Shown here: positions 9,301 through 18,544 of the stretch, piece after piece
Position numbering within the stretch: position 1 is the stretch's first letter
Layout of the letters: every line of letters begins with the position of its first letter
NCBI GenBank assembly: GCA_963803275.1
Contig: CAWDLS010000001.1
Span: 215,020 to 279,019, forward strand
Direction: 5' to 3'
Source: an uncultured Gammaproteobacteria bacterium
GTDB lineage: Bacteria; Pseudomonadota; Gammaproteobacteria; UBA9214
DNA: 64,000 nucleotides
Made by a program: the position numbers and the translations under genes
The notes under the pieces: model-generated
Database searches by the model: none
The model's input: only the letters and a program-made list of their open reading frames with translations
Told to the model about the DNA's origin: nothing

Positions 9301-10759
9301 CGCCTGTCCAGACATCCAGTTCGATCCCCCAGGCGCGCGGCAGCACGAAATAGACAAAGCCCGTAATCAGCAGGATCCCCAGCAGGTTCAGCCAGAAGCC
9401 CGCCTTCGCCATTTGCATCATTGTCACATAGCGACTGCTGAATACGATGGCGTTCGGCGGGGTTGCAACCGGTAGCATGAAGGCGAATGAGGCCGACACG
9501 ACGGCTGCCACCATCACGCCGAAGGGGTGTATCCCGATGGCCGCGGCCAGCGCCCCCATGACGGGCAGCAACAATGAAGCGATGGCGGTGTTGGATGCCA
9601 ACTCGGTCAAAAAGATAACCACCAGCACCACTGTCGCGATCACCAGCCACAGGTCGATGCCCCGCAATATCCCCAGCAGATCCGCCAGCCACTGCGTCAA
9701 ACCGGAGTCATTGAAACCCTGCGCCAGTGCGAACCCGCCACCAAACAGAATGATGATGTCCCAGGGAATGGTCACCGCAGTCTTCCAGTCAAGCAGGAAT
9801 TCACGCCGTTTAAGATTGACGGGTATCAGGAACAGCAGCAGGGCACCGCCAACGGCGATCGTGGAATCCTGTACCTGCTGCAGCGCCGCCGGCCTGTAGA
9901 GTCCGCGCAATACCCACAGGGCGGCAACCACAAGGAACACCGCGGCAACCTGCTGTTCCTGGCGTGACATGGGTCCCAGGCGCGCCAGCTGGTCATGGAT
10001 CCAGTCGCGTCCACCCGGTAACCGGTCGGTCTCGCTGCGGAACAGCACGCGGGTCAGGTAGAGCCAGGTGATAACCAGCATGACCAGTGACAGTGGCAGG
10101 CCAAACCCCATCCACTCGAGGAAGCTGATGGTGTATCCATAGGTCCGCTCAACCACGCCGGCGAGGATGGCGTTCGGGGGAGTACCGATCAGTGTCGCCA
10201 CCCCGCCGATGGAAGCGGCATAGCCGATGCCAAGCATCAATGCGGTACCGAAACGCAACTCGCCCGGCGGGTGCTCGATCCGGTGCTCCACCTCATGTAA
10301 TACGGCGGCGGCAATCGTGACCATCATCATGGTGGCGGCGGTATTACTGATCCACATCGACAGGAACGCTGTGGCCAGCATAAAGCCGAGCACGATGCGC
10401 CTCGGCGTGACACCGACAACGCGTATGGTATGCAGGGCGATCCGGTGATGCAGGTTCCATTTCTCCATGGTGACGGCGATGAGGAAACCGCCAAGGAACA
10501 GGTAAATCAGGTGATGCCCGTAGGAGCGCGTGACGTCGGCACCACTCATCACGCCCAGTAACGGGAACAGCACGATCGGCAACAATGCCGTTGCCGGTAT
10601 CGGGATGGCCTCGGTCAGCCACCACACCGCCATCAGTGCGGCTACTGCGGCAACATGCAGGCCGGCCTGTGTCATACCGTCCGGTAGCGGCACGGCAAGC
10701 AGCGACAGCAGCAGCACCGGCCCGAGCAGCAGACCGATCAGCTGGCGCCGCTCAGACAC
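9290..10759 (-). CDS. SLC13/DASS family Na+:dicarboxylate/sulfate symporter
   Basis: WWLTEAIPIP, SMWISNTAAT, IGTPPNAI, FMLPVATPPNAIVF; probable GTG start (MSERRQL) behind GGGGAG. Confidence 0.92.
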   Translation of the reverse strand: MSERRQLIGLLLGPVLLLSLLAVPLPDGMTQAGLHVAAVAALMAVWWLTEAIPIPATALLPIVLFPLLGVMSGADVTRSYGHHLIYLFLGGFLIAVTMEKWNLHHRIALHTIRVVGVTPRRIVLGFMLATAFLSMWISNTAATMMMVTIAAAVLHEVEHRIEHPPGELRFGTALMLGIGYAASIGGVATLIGTPPNAILAGVVERTYGYTISFLEWMGFGLPLSLVMLVITWLYLTRVLFRSETDRLPGGRDWIHDQLARLGPMSRQEQQVAAVFLVVAALWVLRGLYRPAALQQVQDSTIAVGGALLLFLIPVNLKRREFLLDWKTAVTIPWDIIILFGGGFALAQGFNDSGLTQWLADLLGILRGIDLWLVIATVVLVVIFLTELASNTAIASLLLPVMGALAAAIGIHPFGVMVAAVVSASFAFMLPVATPPNAIVFSSRYVTMMQMAKAGFWLNLLGILLITGFVYFVLPRAWGIELDVWTGAIR

Positions 10760-10936
10760 GTGCCAGCTCCCCCTGCGCGGCGGCCGCAACCGTTGCACCA
10801 CGGGTAGTAACACATTGTCGAGATGGTCGCTCTCGCGCCAAACCACCCGGTCCGCGGAGGTAAACCCTGTGTACCAGGCGAATGCCACACAGCATTTATC
10901 CTTCCCCCGCCCGGCACGCGCAAATGAAGCGTAATT

Positions 10937-11218
10937 CTAGCGCCGGCGATAAACCGGCGGCTGGAGTGCCGCTTCTGCCACGCGCAGGCGAATGCGCCAG
11001 CGTGCCGGAAACTGCAGGATGCCCCGGGAGCGACGCAGCTCGCGCAGGTACATTCTCGAGGCACGGAATCCTTCCCTGAAAGACAGCTTCATGTATTCAA
11101 TCCTGTCCAGCTGACCACCCTTCAGGCCGTGTTCGAAACCTGCGCAGAACCGTTCCGGCTGCAGCGTGGGGGGGATCCGGATCCCGACATCACCGGGCTT
11201 CGGGTAACAGTAGTCCAT
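10937..11218 (-). CDS. Small basic hypothetical protein
   Basis: GAGG site before ATG; MDYCYPKPGDVG...GFEHGLKGG...SFREGFRA. Confidence 0.7.
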   Translation of the reverse strand: MDYCYPKPGDVGIRIPPTLQPERFCAGFEHGLKGGQLDRIEYMKLSFREGFRASRMYLRELRRSRGILQFPARWRIRLRVAEAALQPPVYRRR

Positions 11219-11387
11219 CGCAACACCTCGCTTTCACTATAGCTTCATATGCAGCTATCGGCGCCGGTGCACAGCCATTGAATTCAGTTAACACGCTATT
11301 AACAGGGGATTTTTTATTTATTGAAACGAATATACCGGGCTGCTGTCCATAAGCAGTACTTCGCCAATGCTCACCAAGGACGCACGC

Positions 11388-12008
11388 ATGAAAACATCCC
11401 CGCTCCTCCTCTGGTCACTGTCGATAATGCTGGCCGTGCTGTCCACCACCGCCCTCGCCGGTCCGGCAGACACGGACACCCGCTACGCTACGGCCACCTT
11501 TGCCGGTGGTTGTTTCTGGTGCATGGAACCCGCCTTCGACAAGATCGACGGCGTCATTTCCACGACCTCGGGCTACACCGGTGGGCACACGGAAAATCCA
11601 ACCTACAAGGAAGTCTCCCGGGGCGGCACAGGGCATGCAGAATCGGTGCAGGTTGTCTATGACCCGCAACGGGTCAGCTACGAGAAATTGCTGGACGTGT
11701 TCTGGCACAATGTCGACCCGACCACGGCCGATGGCCAGTTTTGCGACTGGGGAGACCAGTACCGCAGCGAGATCTTCTATCACACACCGGAACAGCAGAA
11801 ACTGGCGCAGCAGTCAAAGGCGGCGCTGGAGAAGCAGAAGCCCTTCAAGGAGCCGATCGTGACGCGCATCAGCGCGGCCGGTAAATTCTACCCGGCGGAG
11901 GATTACCATCAGGATTACTACAAGAAGAACCCGTTGCGCTACAAGTTCTACCGATACGGCTGCGGTCGCGACCAGCGGCTGGAGGAGCTGTGGGGCAAGC
12001 ATGACTAG
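11388..12008 (+). CDS. msrA: Peptide methionine sulfoxide reductase A with signal peptide (exported)
   Basis: GGCFWCME, GYTGG, GHAESVQV, AEDYHQDYY; N-terminal signal peptide; AAGGA before ATG 11388. Confidence 0.95.
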   Translation: MKTSPLLLWSLSIMLAVLSTTALAGPADTDTRYATATFAGGCFWCMEPAFDKIDGVISTTSGYTGGHTENPTYKEVSRGGTGHAESVQVVYDPQRVSYEKLLDVFWHNVDPTTADGQFCDWGDQYRSEIFYHTPEQQKLAQQSKAALEKQKPFKEPIVTRISAAGKFYPAEDYHQDYYKKNPLRYKFYRYGCGRDQRLEELWGKHD

Positions 12009-12035
12009 CCACCCTGCCATCTGATTGCGGGTGTA

Positions 12036-12221
12036 TCAGTGCCTGAAAAAGAATTCGATGGTCGGATTCTGGTGATGCCGCTGCAGCTTGCGCTCGTACC
12101 AGACGACGGTCACCAGCAAGGCGCCTGAAGAGATCAGCACCGACGCCACGATAATGGCAAGCAGCGGCGGATACAGCACCAGCAGTATGCCGGCGATTAT
12201 CAGTATAAAACCTGCAGTCAT
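12036..12221 (-). CDS. Small membrane protein (61 aa)
   Basis: GGGGAG site; MTAGFILIIAGILLVLYPPLLAIIVA..., two hydrophobic segments. Confidence 0.7.
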   Translation of the reverse strand: MTAGFILIIAGILLVLYPPLLAIIVASVLISSGALLVTVVWYERKLQRHHQNPTIEFFFRH

Positions 12222-12296
12222 GTCATTCTCCCCGTAAGCTGTGTTCCTTTTGCTAGTATCGGGGCACTTCAATGAAAAACAAGACGTGGCCTGGCG

Positions 12297-13331
12297 ATGC
12301 GGAAAATCGTGATATACAAACCCGGCGGCTACGACCGGCTGGTCGTCGAGCAGCACCCGGACCTGGTGCCTGCAGAAGACGAGGTACTGGTTGACGTGAA
12401 GGCGGCCGGTATCAACTATGCCGATTGCGTGACACGCATGGGATTGTATGCCTCGGCCAGGCATTATGTCGGCTATCCGGTTACCCCCGGCTTCGAGGTA
12501 TCGGGCACGGTCAGCGCAACCGGCAGGGCAGTCACCGATCTGGCCCCCGGCACCCCGGTTTTCGCCGTCACCCGCTTCAACGGCTATGCATCGCAGCTGA
12601 CGGTGAGGCGCCGACAGGTCTTTCCCTTACCCGCTTCCATAAGCAGCCAGCAAGCCGCCGCCCTGCCGACGGTCGCGTTGACCGCCTGGTATGCGCTATT
12701 CGAGCTTGCACACCCCCATGCCGGCGACAGCGTGCTGGTTCATTCGGCTGCCGGCGGTGTCGGCAGCATGCTGGTGCAAATGGGAAAGATCGCCGCTTGC
12801 CGGGTGATCGGGGTGGTTGGGTCATCGCACAAGGCCGGCGTGGTTGCGGCACTCGGCGCGGATGCGGTGATCGACAAGTCCGCACAGCCGCTTTGGGCCG
12901 AGGCGCGGCGCCTTGCACCCGGCGGCTTTCATGTCGTGCTCGATGCCAATGGTGTTTCGACCCTTGGCAACAGCTACCGGCACCTGGCACCCACCGGCAA
13001 ACTGGTGGTGTATGGTTTCCACAGCATGTTGCACACCCGCGGGGGCACCCCGCGCCGACTGCGCCTGGCATGGGACTGGCTGCGCACGCCGCGCTTCAGC
13101 CCGTTTGACCTGACCACGCGCAACCACAGTGTGCTCGGCTTCAACCTGAGCTATCTGTTTGACCATGGAACCTTCCTGCAGCGGGGGATGCAGCAGATCC
13201 TCGCCTGGCAGGCCGCGGGAAGGCTTCAGCTGCCGGCCATCACCCCCTATCCGTTCGAGGCGGTTGCCGAGGCGCACCGTGCGCTGGAATCCGGGCACAC
13301 CACCGGCAAGCTGGTGCTGGTCCTCGACTGA
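12297..13331 (+). CDS. Medium-chain dehydrogenase/reductase, NADPH:quinone oxidoreductase (VAT-1-like)
   Basis: GINYAD, PGFEVSG, HSAAGGVG nucleotide-binding motif, TGKLVL at the C-terminus. Confidence 0.9.
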   Translation: MRKIVIYKPGGYDRLVVEQHPDLVPAEDEVLVDVKAAGINYADCVTRMGLYASARHYVGYPVTPGFEVSGTVSATGRAVTDLAPGTPVFAVTRFNGYASQLTVRRRQVFPLPASISSQQAAALPTVALTAWYALFELAHPHAGDSVLVHSAAGGVGSMLVQMGKIAACRVIGVVGSSHKAGVVAALGADAVIDKSAQPLWAEARRLAPGGFHVVLDANGVSTLGNSYRHLAPTGKLVVYGFHSMLHTRGGTPRRLRLAWDWLRTPRFSPFDLTTRNHSVLGFNLSYLFDHGTFLQRGMQQILAWQAAGRLQLPAITPYPFEAVAEAHRALESGHTTGKLVLVLD

Positions 13332-13544
13332 CCGGCGCCAGCCCGTTACGCAAGGGTGCAAGGCGTAGTCGACCACGCTTGCGGCAACGGGCCGCTGACT
13401 CCATTGATAACACCGGCGCGGGCATGTGTACGGACCTGGCGCATCCGGCAGGGGCTGGTGACATCGCAGACCACGATACGGCCGATGCACCCGAGCGAGA
13501 CCAAGGCACAGGCCCTGCTGTACACATCGCACGCCACCACGCCT

Positions 13545-14552
13545 TCAGCTGACCGGCACCAGATTGTCGAGAAACTGTTTGCTGGCGGCCTGCCAGGTAT
13601 GTCGCAGGGCTTCCTCCCGGCAACGCTGCCTGTCCAGCCCGAGCGCCGCCAGGGCGGCCACGCGCAGGTCGTCATCGAGAATGCCGGTTTCGCCAGGGGT
13701 GACAACATCAAGCGGACCGGTGACCGGGAAGGCGGCGACCGGCACTCCGCAGGCCAGGGCCTCCAGCATGACCAGCCCGAAGGTATCGGTGAGACTCGGG
13801 AAGACAAACACGTCGGCACTGGCCACGAACCGGGCCAGTTCCCTGCCAAAGCGATAGCCGGCAAACAGCACAGCAGGCCAGTTTCTTTTCAGGGTTTCCA
13901 GCGCCGGCCCGTCGCCGATGATGCATTTGCTGCCAGGCAGATCGAGCTTGAGAAACGCCTCCAGATTTTTTTCCACGGCAACGCGCCCGGCATAGGCGAA
14001 CAGCGGACGCGGTACGGCGAGCGGTTCCTGTTCATCCGGCCTGAACACATCCGTATCGACGCCGCGTGACCAGCGCACGATATTCCTGAACCCCCATTTT
14101 TTCAGCAGGGCCTGTTGGCTGGCCGTGGCCACCATGGTGCGCTTCGCGGCGCGATGGAAACGGCGTACCAGGCAGTACGAAACTCCAAGCGGCAGCGGTA
14201 ACCGCTTGCGGATGTATTCAGGAAACTGGGTGTGGTAGGAAGTGGTGAAGTTCAGGCCGTTGCGCAGGCAGTAGCTGCGTGCAGCAAACCCCAGCGGCCC
14301 CTCGGTGGCAATATGGATATGATCGGGACCCAGCGCAGCCAGTTGCTTGTACAGCTTGCCTGAGGGATGCACGGAGAGCCTGATTTCCGGGTAGGTCGGA
14401 CATGGCACGGTGCGATGATCTGCCGGGGTGAGCATGTCAACCCGGCAGCCCATACCAGTCAGGCAGTCACGCGTGTGCTGCAGGGTGTTCACGACACCGT
14501 TGACCTGCGGGGACCAGGCATCGGTGATGATGGCAATCGAACGGGTACTCAT
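13545..14552 (-). CDS. agt: GT4 glycosyltransferase, Agt-like glycolipid (glycosyl-diacylglycerol) synthase
   Basis: IITDAWSPQVNGVV, HIATEGPLG, TSYHTQFPEY, WSRGVD, GRVAVEKN, FPSLTDTFGLVMLEALACGVP. Confidence 0.8.
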   Translation of the reverse strand: MSTRSIAIITDAWSPQVNGVVNTLQHTRDCLTGMGCRVDMLTPADHRTVPCPTYPEIRLSVHPSGKLYKQLAALGPDHIHIATEGPLGFAARSYCLRNGLNFTTSYHTQFPEYIRKRLPLPLGVSYCLVRRFHRAAKRTMVATASQQALLKKWGFRNIVRWSRGVDTDVFRPDEQEPLAVPRPLFAYAGRVAVEKNLEAFLKLDLPGSKCIIGDGPALETLKRNWPAVLFAGYRFGRELARFVASADVFVFPSLTDTFGLVMLEALACGVPVAAFPVTGPLDVVTPGETGILDDDLRVAALAALGLDRQRCREEALRHTWQAASKQFLDNLVPVS

Positions 14553-14613
14553 GAGCGCATGGCAGGAGTACCTGTCGGGGTCGTCGTCACAACCTGCATT
14601 CTTGAGAACGGGA

Positions 14614-14653
14614 ATGACAGGGATGTTACTGCTACGTTACATCTGTGTTACCC
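14614..14653 (-). promoter_or_regulatory. Pho-box array (four 11-bp-spaced half-sites) facing the agt-like gene
   Basis: Minus strand reads GGGTAAC-acag-ATGTAAC-gtag-CAGTAAC-atcc-CTGTCAT; last unit is the exact CTGTCAT consensus. Confidence 0.75.
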
Positions 14654-14680
14654 CGCAACCTGACTGCCAGCCAACGGGTT

Positions 14681-14713
14681 CTGTAACAAAACTACAATAA
14701 AAACTTCACAAAA
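14681..14713 (+). promoter_or_regulatory. Pho-box-like array facing the PAP2 gene
   Basis: CTGTAAC-AAAA-CTACAAT-AAAA-ACTTCAC-AAAA; 11-bp period with A-tract spacers, degenerate half-sites. Confidence 0.55.
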
Positions 14714-14769
14714 TTGTTGTATTGAGCTGGCAATGTAATGACTGGATAAAAGTGTGGAGAAACATTTCC

Positions 14770-15342
14770 ATGTCTGTATCTGCGTACACCGGTCTGCTAT
14801 ACAGTGTTATCCGCTTACTCGACGGTGCTGACGTCGACCTTTGCGCCCTGCTAAACAGGCTGAGCCGTGCCCCGGTCATCCGTACCCTGTTTCGGACGGT
14901 CAGCAGGCTGGGCGACGGTATCATCTGGTACAGCCTGATGGTTTTGCTGCCCGTAATCGGCGGCTATGACGGCCTGCTCGTGGCCCTGCACATGGGAATG
15001 ACTGCACTGGCCGGGCTGTTGATCTACCGGCTGACCAAGCGCTGTTCCGCGCGCGAACGCCCCTATGTGAACCATGCCGGTCAGGTCGCCTGTGCCATGC
15101 CGCCCCTCGACCGCTACAGCTTCCCATCCGGGCACACCCTGCATGCCGTCAGCTTCACCCTGGTGTTGTGCAGCTACTTTCCACTGATGGTGTGGGTGTT
15201 GTTGCCGTTTACCGTCCTGGTGGCATTGTCGCGCATGGTGCTTGGTCTGCACTATCCAAGTGATGTGCTTGCCGGCGCGTTTATCGGCGGAGTGCTCGCA
15301 TTGCTCAGCATCAATGCGGCCGAACTGACCGGCATCGGCTGA
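14770..15342 (+). CDS. PAP2 family lipid phosphate phosphatase
   Basis: KRCSARERP (C1), SFPSGH (C2), SRMVLGLHYPSDV (C3); start uncertain between 14722 and 14770. Confidence 0.9.
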   Translation: MSVSAYTGLLYSVIRLLDGADVDLCALLNRLSRAPVIRTLFRTVSRLGDGIIWYSLMVLLPVIGGYDGLLVALHMGMTALAGLLIYRLTKRCSARERPYVNHAGQVACAMPPLDRYSFPSGHTLHAVSFTLVLCSYFPLMVWVLLPFTVLVALSRMVLGLHYPSDVLAGAFIGGVLALLSINAAELTGIG

Positions 15343-15344
15343 TT

Positions 15345-15722
15345 TTAGCCGAAAAAGCGCTCGTGTATGATCAGACCCCAGCACAGCGCCGCCATCCAGA
15401 GACTGATAAACACCGCCGCGGAACCCATGTCCTTGGCACGCCCCGACAGTTTGTGCCGGTCGGCACCGATGCGATCGATCGCCGCCTCGACTGCGGAATT
15501 CAGCAACTCCACAACCAGCACAAACAGGCAGCTGCCTGCCAGGAGGACGCGCTCCACCGCATTCCCGCCAACCCAGAAGGCCGCAGGCACCATGAACAGG
15601 CACAACACCAGCTCCTGCCGGAACGCCGCCTCGTTTTTCCAGCTCGCGCGGATTCCGGCCATGGAGTAGAACGCGGCATTCCAGATACGGCGCAGCCCGC
15701 CTGCCTGATTGTACTTGGCCAT
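15345..15722 (-). CDS. dgkA: Diacylglycerol kinase
   Basis: EAAFRQE, VELLNSAVEAAID, AKDMGSAAV. Confidence 0.95.
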   Translation of the reverse strand: MAKYNQAGGLRRIWNAAFYSMAGIRASWKNEAAFRQELVLCLFMVPAAFWVGGNAVERVLLAGSCLFVLVVELLNSAVEAAIDRIGADRHKLSGRAKDMGSAAVFISLWMAALCWGLIIHERFFG

Positions 15723-15981
15723 AGCAACTCCTTGCCCGAGAGGCGCAAGTGTACACACAGCCGCTCCCTCCATCCAGACGCCGGAACATTGATGCCGCGC
15801 TGACACGAAACCGGTAAGCCACCCCGGGCGCGTGATACGGAGAAATTTTTCGAGGCGCAGGGAGCACGCCCGATATTACAGGCCTTGACCCCACCCCCGT
15901 TACAAGAGGAAAGACACGCCCGGGAATGTATGAGTTAACCAGTGTTCCGGCAGTGAACAAGGCAGGCAATGTCGGCATGCC

Positions 15982-16010
15982 CTGTTACCCGCCAGTAATC
16001 ATATTGTCAC
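15982..16010 (+). promoter_or_regulatory. Pho-box array (three half-sites) upstream of plcP
   Basis: CTGTTAC-ccgc-CAGTAAT-cata-TTGTCAC, exact 11-bp spacing, ending 22 nt before ATG 16033. Confidence 0.75.
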
Positions 16011-16032
16011 ATTTTGTTGCTAGCGTGCCGGT

Positions 16033-16851
16033 ATGGCTGATGAACGCCCGGCGCCCATCAACAAGCCCAGACGCTACCGCGCCATCTGGATCTCCGATAT
16101 CCATCTCGGCACACGCGGTTGCAAAACCGAGTTTTTGCTGGATTTCCTGCGCAATACCGAATCGGAATACCTCTACCTCGTTGGTGACATCATCGACGGC
16201 TGGTCACTGCGTCGCACATGGTTCTGGGACCAGCAGCATAACGATGTCATCCAGAAACTGCTGCGCAAGGCCCGCAAGGGTACCAGGGTCATTTATGTAC
16301 CGGGGAACCACGATGAATTCGCGCGTGCATACCTGGGCATGATGTTCGGGGGTATCGCGATCGAGGGTTATACCCTGCACAGGATGCTCGACGGACGCAC
16401 ACTGCTGGTTACCCACGGTGACGAATTCGACAGCGTCGTACGCCACGCGAAATGGCTTGCGCTGCTCGGAGACCTTGCATATCGGGCCGTGTTGTCTATC
16501 AACCACTGGTTTAACAGGGCGCGCAGGCATTTGGGCTACCCCTACTGGTCGCTCTCGGCATACCTCAAGCACAAGGTGAAAAACGCCGTGCAGTTCATCG
16601 ACGATTTCGAAACGATGGTGGCACGCGAGGCCGCGATGCACAAGGTCGACGGTGTTGTCTGCGGTCATATACACAAGGCCGAGCTCAGGAGAATAGGCAG
16701 TCTGCTCTACTGCAACGACGGCGACTGGGTGGAAAGCTGCACCGCACTCGTCGAAACGCTCGAGGGCAAACTTGAAATACTGCACTGGACGAACGCCGGC
16801 ACCGCGCTGGCGGTGACCGGTCCTGACGACCGGCAGGCTGCCGCGGCATGA
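16033..16851 (+). CDS. plcP: PlcP-type phospholipase C (usually annotated UDP-2,3-diacylglucosamine diphosphatase-like)
   Basis: ISDIHLG, LVGDIIDGW, HNDVIQKLLRKARKGTRVIYVPGNHDE, HGDEFD, YWSLSAYLKHKVK, CGHIH, GDWVESCTA, the pattern of the PlcP subfamily rather than E. coli LpxH. Confidence 0.8.
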   Translation: MADERPAPINKPRRYRAIWISDIHLGTRGCKTEFLLDFLRNTESEYLYLVGDIIDGWSLRRTWFWDQQHNDVIQKLLRKARKGTRVIYVPGNHDEFARAYLGMMFGGIAIEGYTLHRMLDGRTLLVTHGDEFDSVVRHAKWLALLGDLAYRAVLSINHWFNRARRHLGYPYWSLSAYLKHKVKNAVQFIDDFETMVAREAAMHKVDGVVCGHIHKAELRRIGSLLYCNDGDWVESCTALVETLEGKLEILHWTNAGTALAVTGPDDRQAAAA

Positions 16852-16903
16852 TGTGCCAGCCTGCCCGAATGGCCTGGTTCACCACCACCCGACGGGATTC
16901 AGC

Positions 16904-18103
16904 TTGAACATATTGATGATATCGGATGTGTATTTTCCGAGGGTAAATGGCGTATCAACCTCGATCGCGACGTTTCGCCATTCGCTCGCACAACAGGGTC
17001 ACAGTATCTGCCTGGTAGTCCCGGATTACGGTGATCGCAAGGAGGATGACGATGACATCATCAGGATTCCCGCACGCCATCTGTTCATCGATCCGGAAGA
17101 CCGGGTGCTGAAGGCCGGCGCGATCCTCGCACTTGAGGACACGTTCCGGAGACGCAATTTCGATCTGCTGCATATACAGACCCCGTTCATTGCACACCGG
17201 GTCGGCACGGTGCTTGCCGCGCGGCTGAAACTGCCGGTGGTAGAGACCTATCACACGTATTTCGAGGAATACCTGTATCACTATGTGACGTTCCTGCCCC
17301 GGCGCCTGATGAAGGCAGCCGCACGCCACTATACCCGCGAACAGTGCAACCGGCTGGATGCGGTCATCGTCCCATCCCGGGCCATGCATGACGTACTCAG
17401 GAACTATGGCGTGCGGACACCGGTAACGATCATACCGACCGGCCTGGAACCACAGAGCTTCCAGCACTACCCGAAACAGCGCTTTCGGGAGCAGCACGGG
17501 ATCGACGCTGACCGGCCGGTTATGGTCCACGTCGGAAGGGTTGCGCACGAGAAAAACATCGGTTTTCTGATCGACGTCCTCGACAGGGTACGCGGCATGT
17601 TCCCCGATGTCCTGCTGGTCATCGCCGGCGAGGGGCCGGCACGCAATTCCCTGCGCAAACGTGCCGTTGACAAGGGACTCGATGACAACACGCTGTTCAT
17701 CGACTACCTGCCGCGGGGCCCTGCCCTGTGGGAATGCTATCGCGGCGGCGACGTATTCGTGTTCGCCTCGGCCACCGAGACGCAGGGCCTGGTATTGCTT
17801 GAAGCCATGGCACTCGGTGTCCCCGTCGTTTCGACCGTATACATGGGAACCGGAGATATCCTTGCCGCCGGCAGGGGTGCACTGGTCTCAGACGGAACAC
17901 TGGCCGATTTCGCGCAAAAGGTGTGCACCGTGCTGGGTACCCCCGTCCTGCGTGACCGCCTGGCGGCCGAGGCCAGGGAATACGCTCATGAGTGGTCTGC
18001 GGACAGGATGGCGCTGCGTCTTGCCGGGTTTTACGGGACTATCGCCGATCGCACCGGGCAAATGACAGTCACGGGAAACCAGGGTACGGCGGCAACCGGG
18101 TGA
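16904..18103 (+). CDS. GT4 glycosyltransferase (monoglucosyl-diacylglycerol synthase-like)
   Basis: MISDVYFPRVNGVSTSI, TYHTYFEEY, GRVAHEKNI, TETQGLVLLEAMA; probable TTG start downstream of plcP. Confidence 0.88.
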   Translation: MNILMISDVYFPRVNGVSTSIATFRHSLAQQGHSICLVVPDYGDRKEDDDDIIRIPARHLFIDPEDRVLKAGAILALEDTFRRRNFDLLHIQTPFIAHRVGTVLAARLKLPVVETYHTYFEEYLYHYVTFLPRRLMKAAARHYTREQCNRLDAVIVPSRAMHDVLRNYGVRTPVTIIPTGLEPQSFQHYPKQRFREQHGIDADRPVMVHVGRVAHEKNIGFLIDVLDRVRGMFPDVLLVIAGEGPARNSLRKRAVDKGLDDNTLFIDYLPRGPALWECYRGGDVFVFASATETQGLVLLEAMALGVPVVSTVYMGTGDILAAGRGALVSDGTLADFAQKVCTVLGTPVLRDRLAAEAREYAHEWSADRMALRLAGFYGTIADRTGQMTVTGNQGTAATG

Positions 18104-18208
18104 CGGCCGTGACGGACACAGACACCTTCAGGGAGTGCACACCGCATGCACCTCACGCAAACGGCGGCCAATGGCCGCCGCTCGATAGTCGAATGGTGTG
18201 GGCTGGCG

Positions 18209-18424
18209 TCAGGCGTACCGGGCAACAGCATCCGGGGTGCGACCCGATTGCTGAATAATCCGGACGGCCTCTTCGGTCGAGCGTACCGGTACGAACTCCG
18301 CAGGACCGGTCTTGTTACGAAAGACAATAACCCGGTGATGGCCGCAATAGAGATATGCCAGCGCAGCATGGCTGTGAAAGGCCTTTTGACAGCAATCACA
18401 TGGCACCGACTGTTGATTAGTCAT
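18209..18424 (-). CDS. Small Cys/His-rich hypothetical protein (71 aa)
   Basis: GGGGGA site 7 nt before ATG; CDCC...HSH...CGHH. Confidence 0.5.
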   Translation of the reverse strand: MTNQQSVPCDCCQKAFHSHAALAYLYCGHHRVIVFRNKTGPAEFVPVRSTEEAVRIIQQSGRTPDAVARYA

Positions 18425-18544
18425 GATCGTTTCCCCCGTTGTCCCGACACCCCCTGTACCGGGCTATAGCAGCTCCATCGTCCCGGCGATCATTAACTTT
18501 AGCCTGCGTGTACCCACAAGGCGGTTGTTTACGGCGCGGGGTGA

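Noticed and set aside
16033-16851. Call as lipid A enzyme LpxH
   Set aside because: Sequence pattern, GT4 neighbours and upstream Pho box fit the PlcP subfamily better
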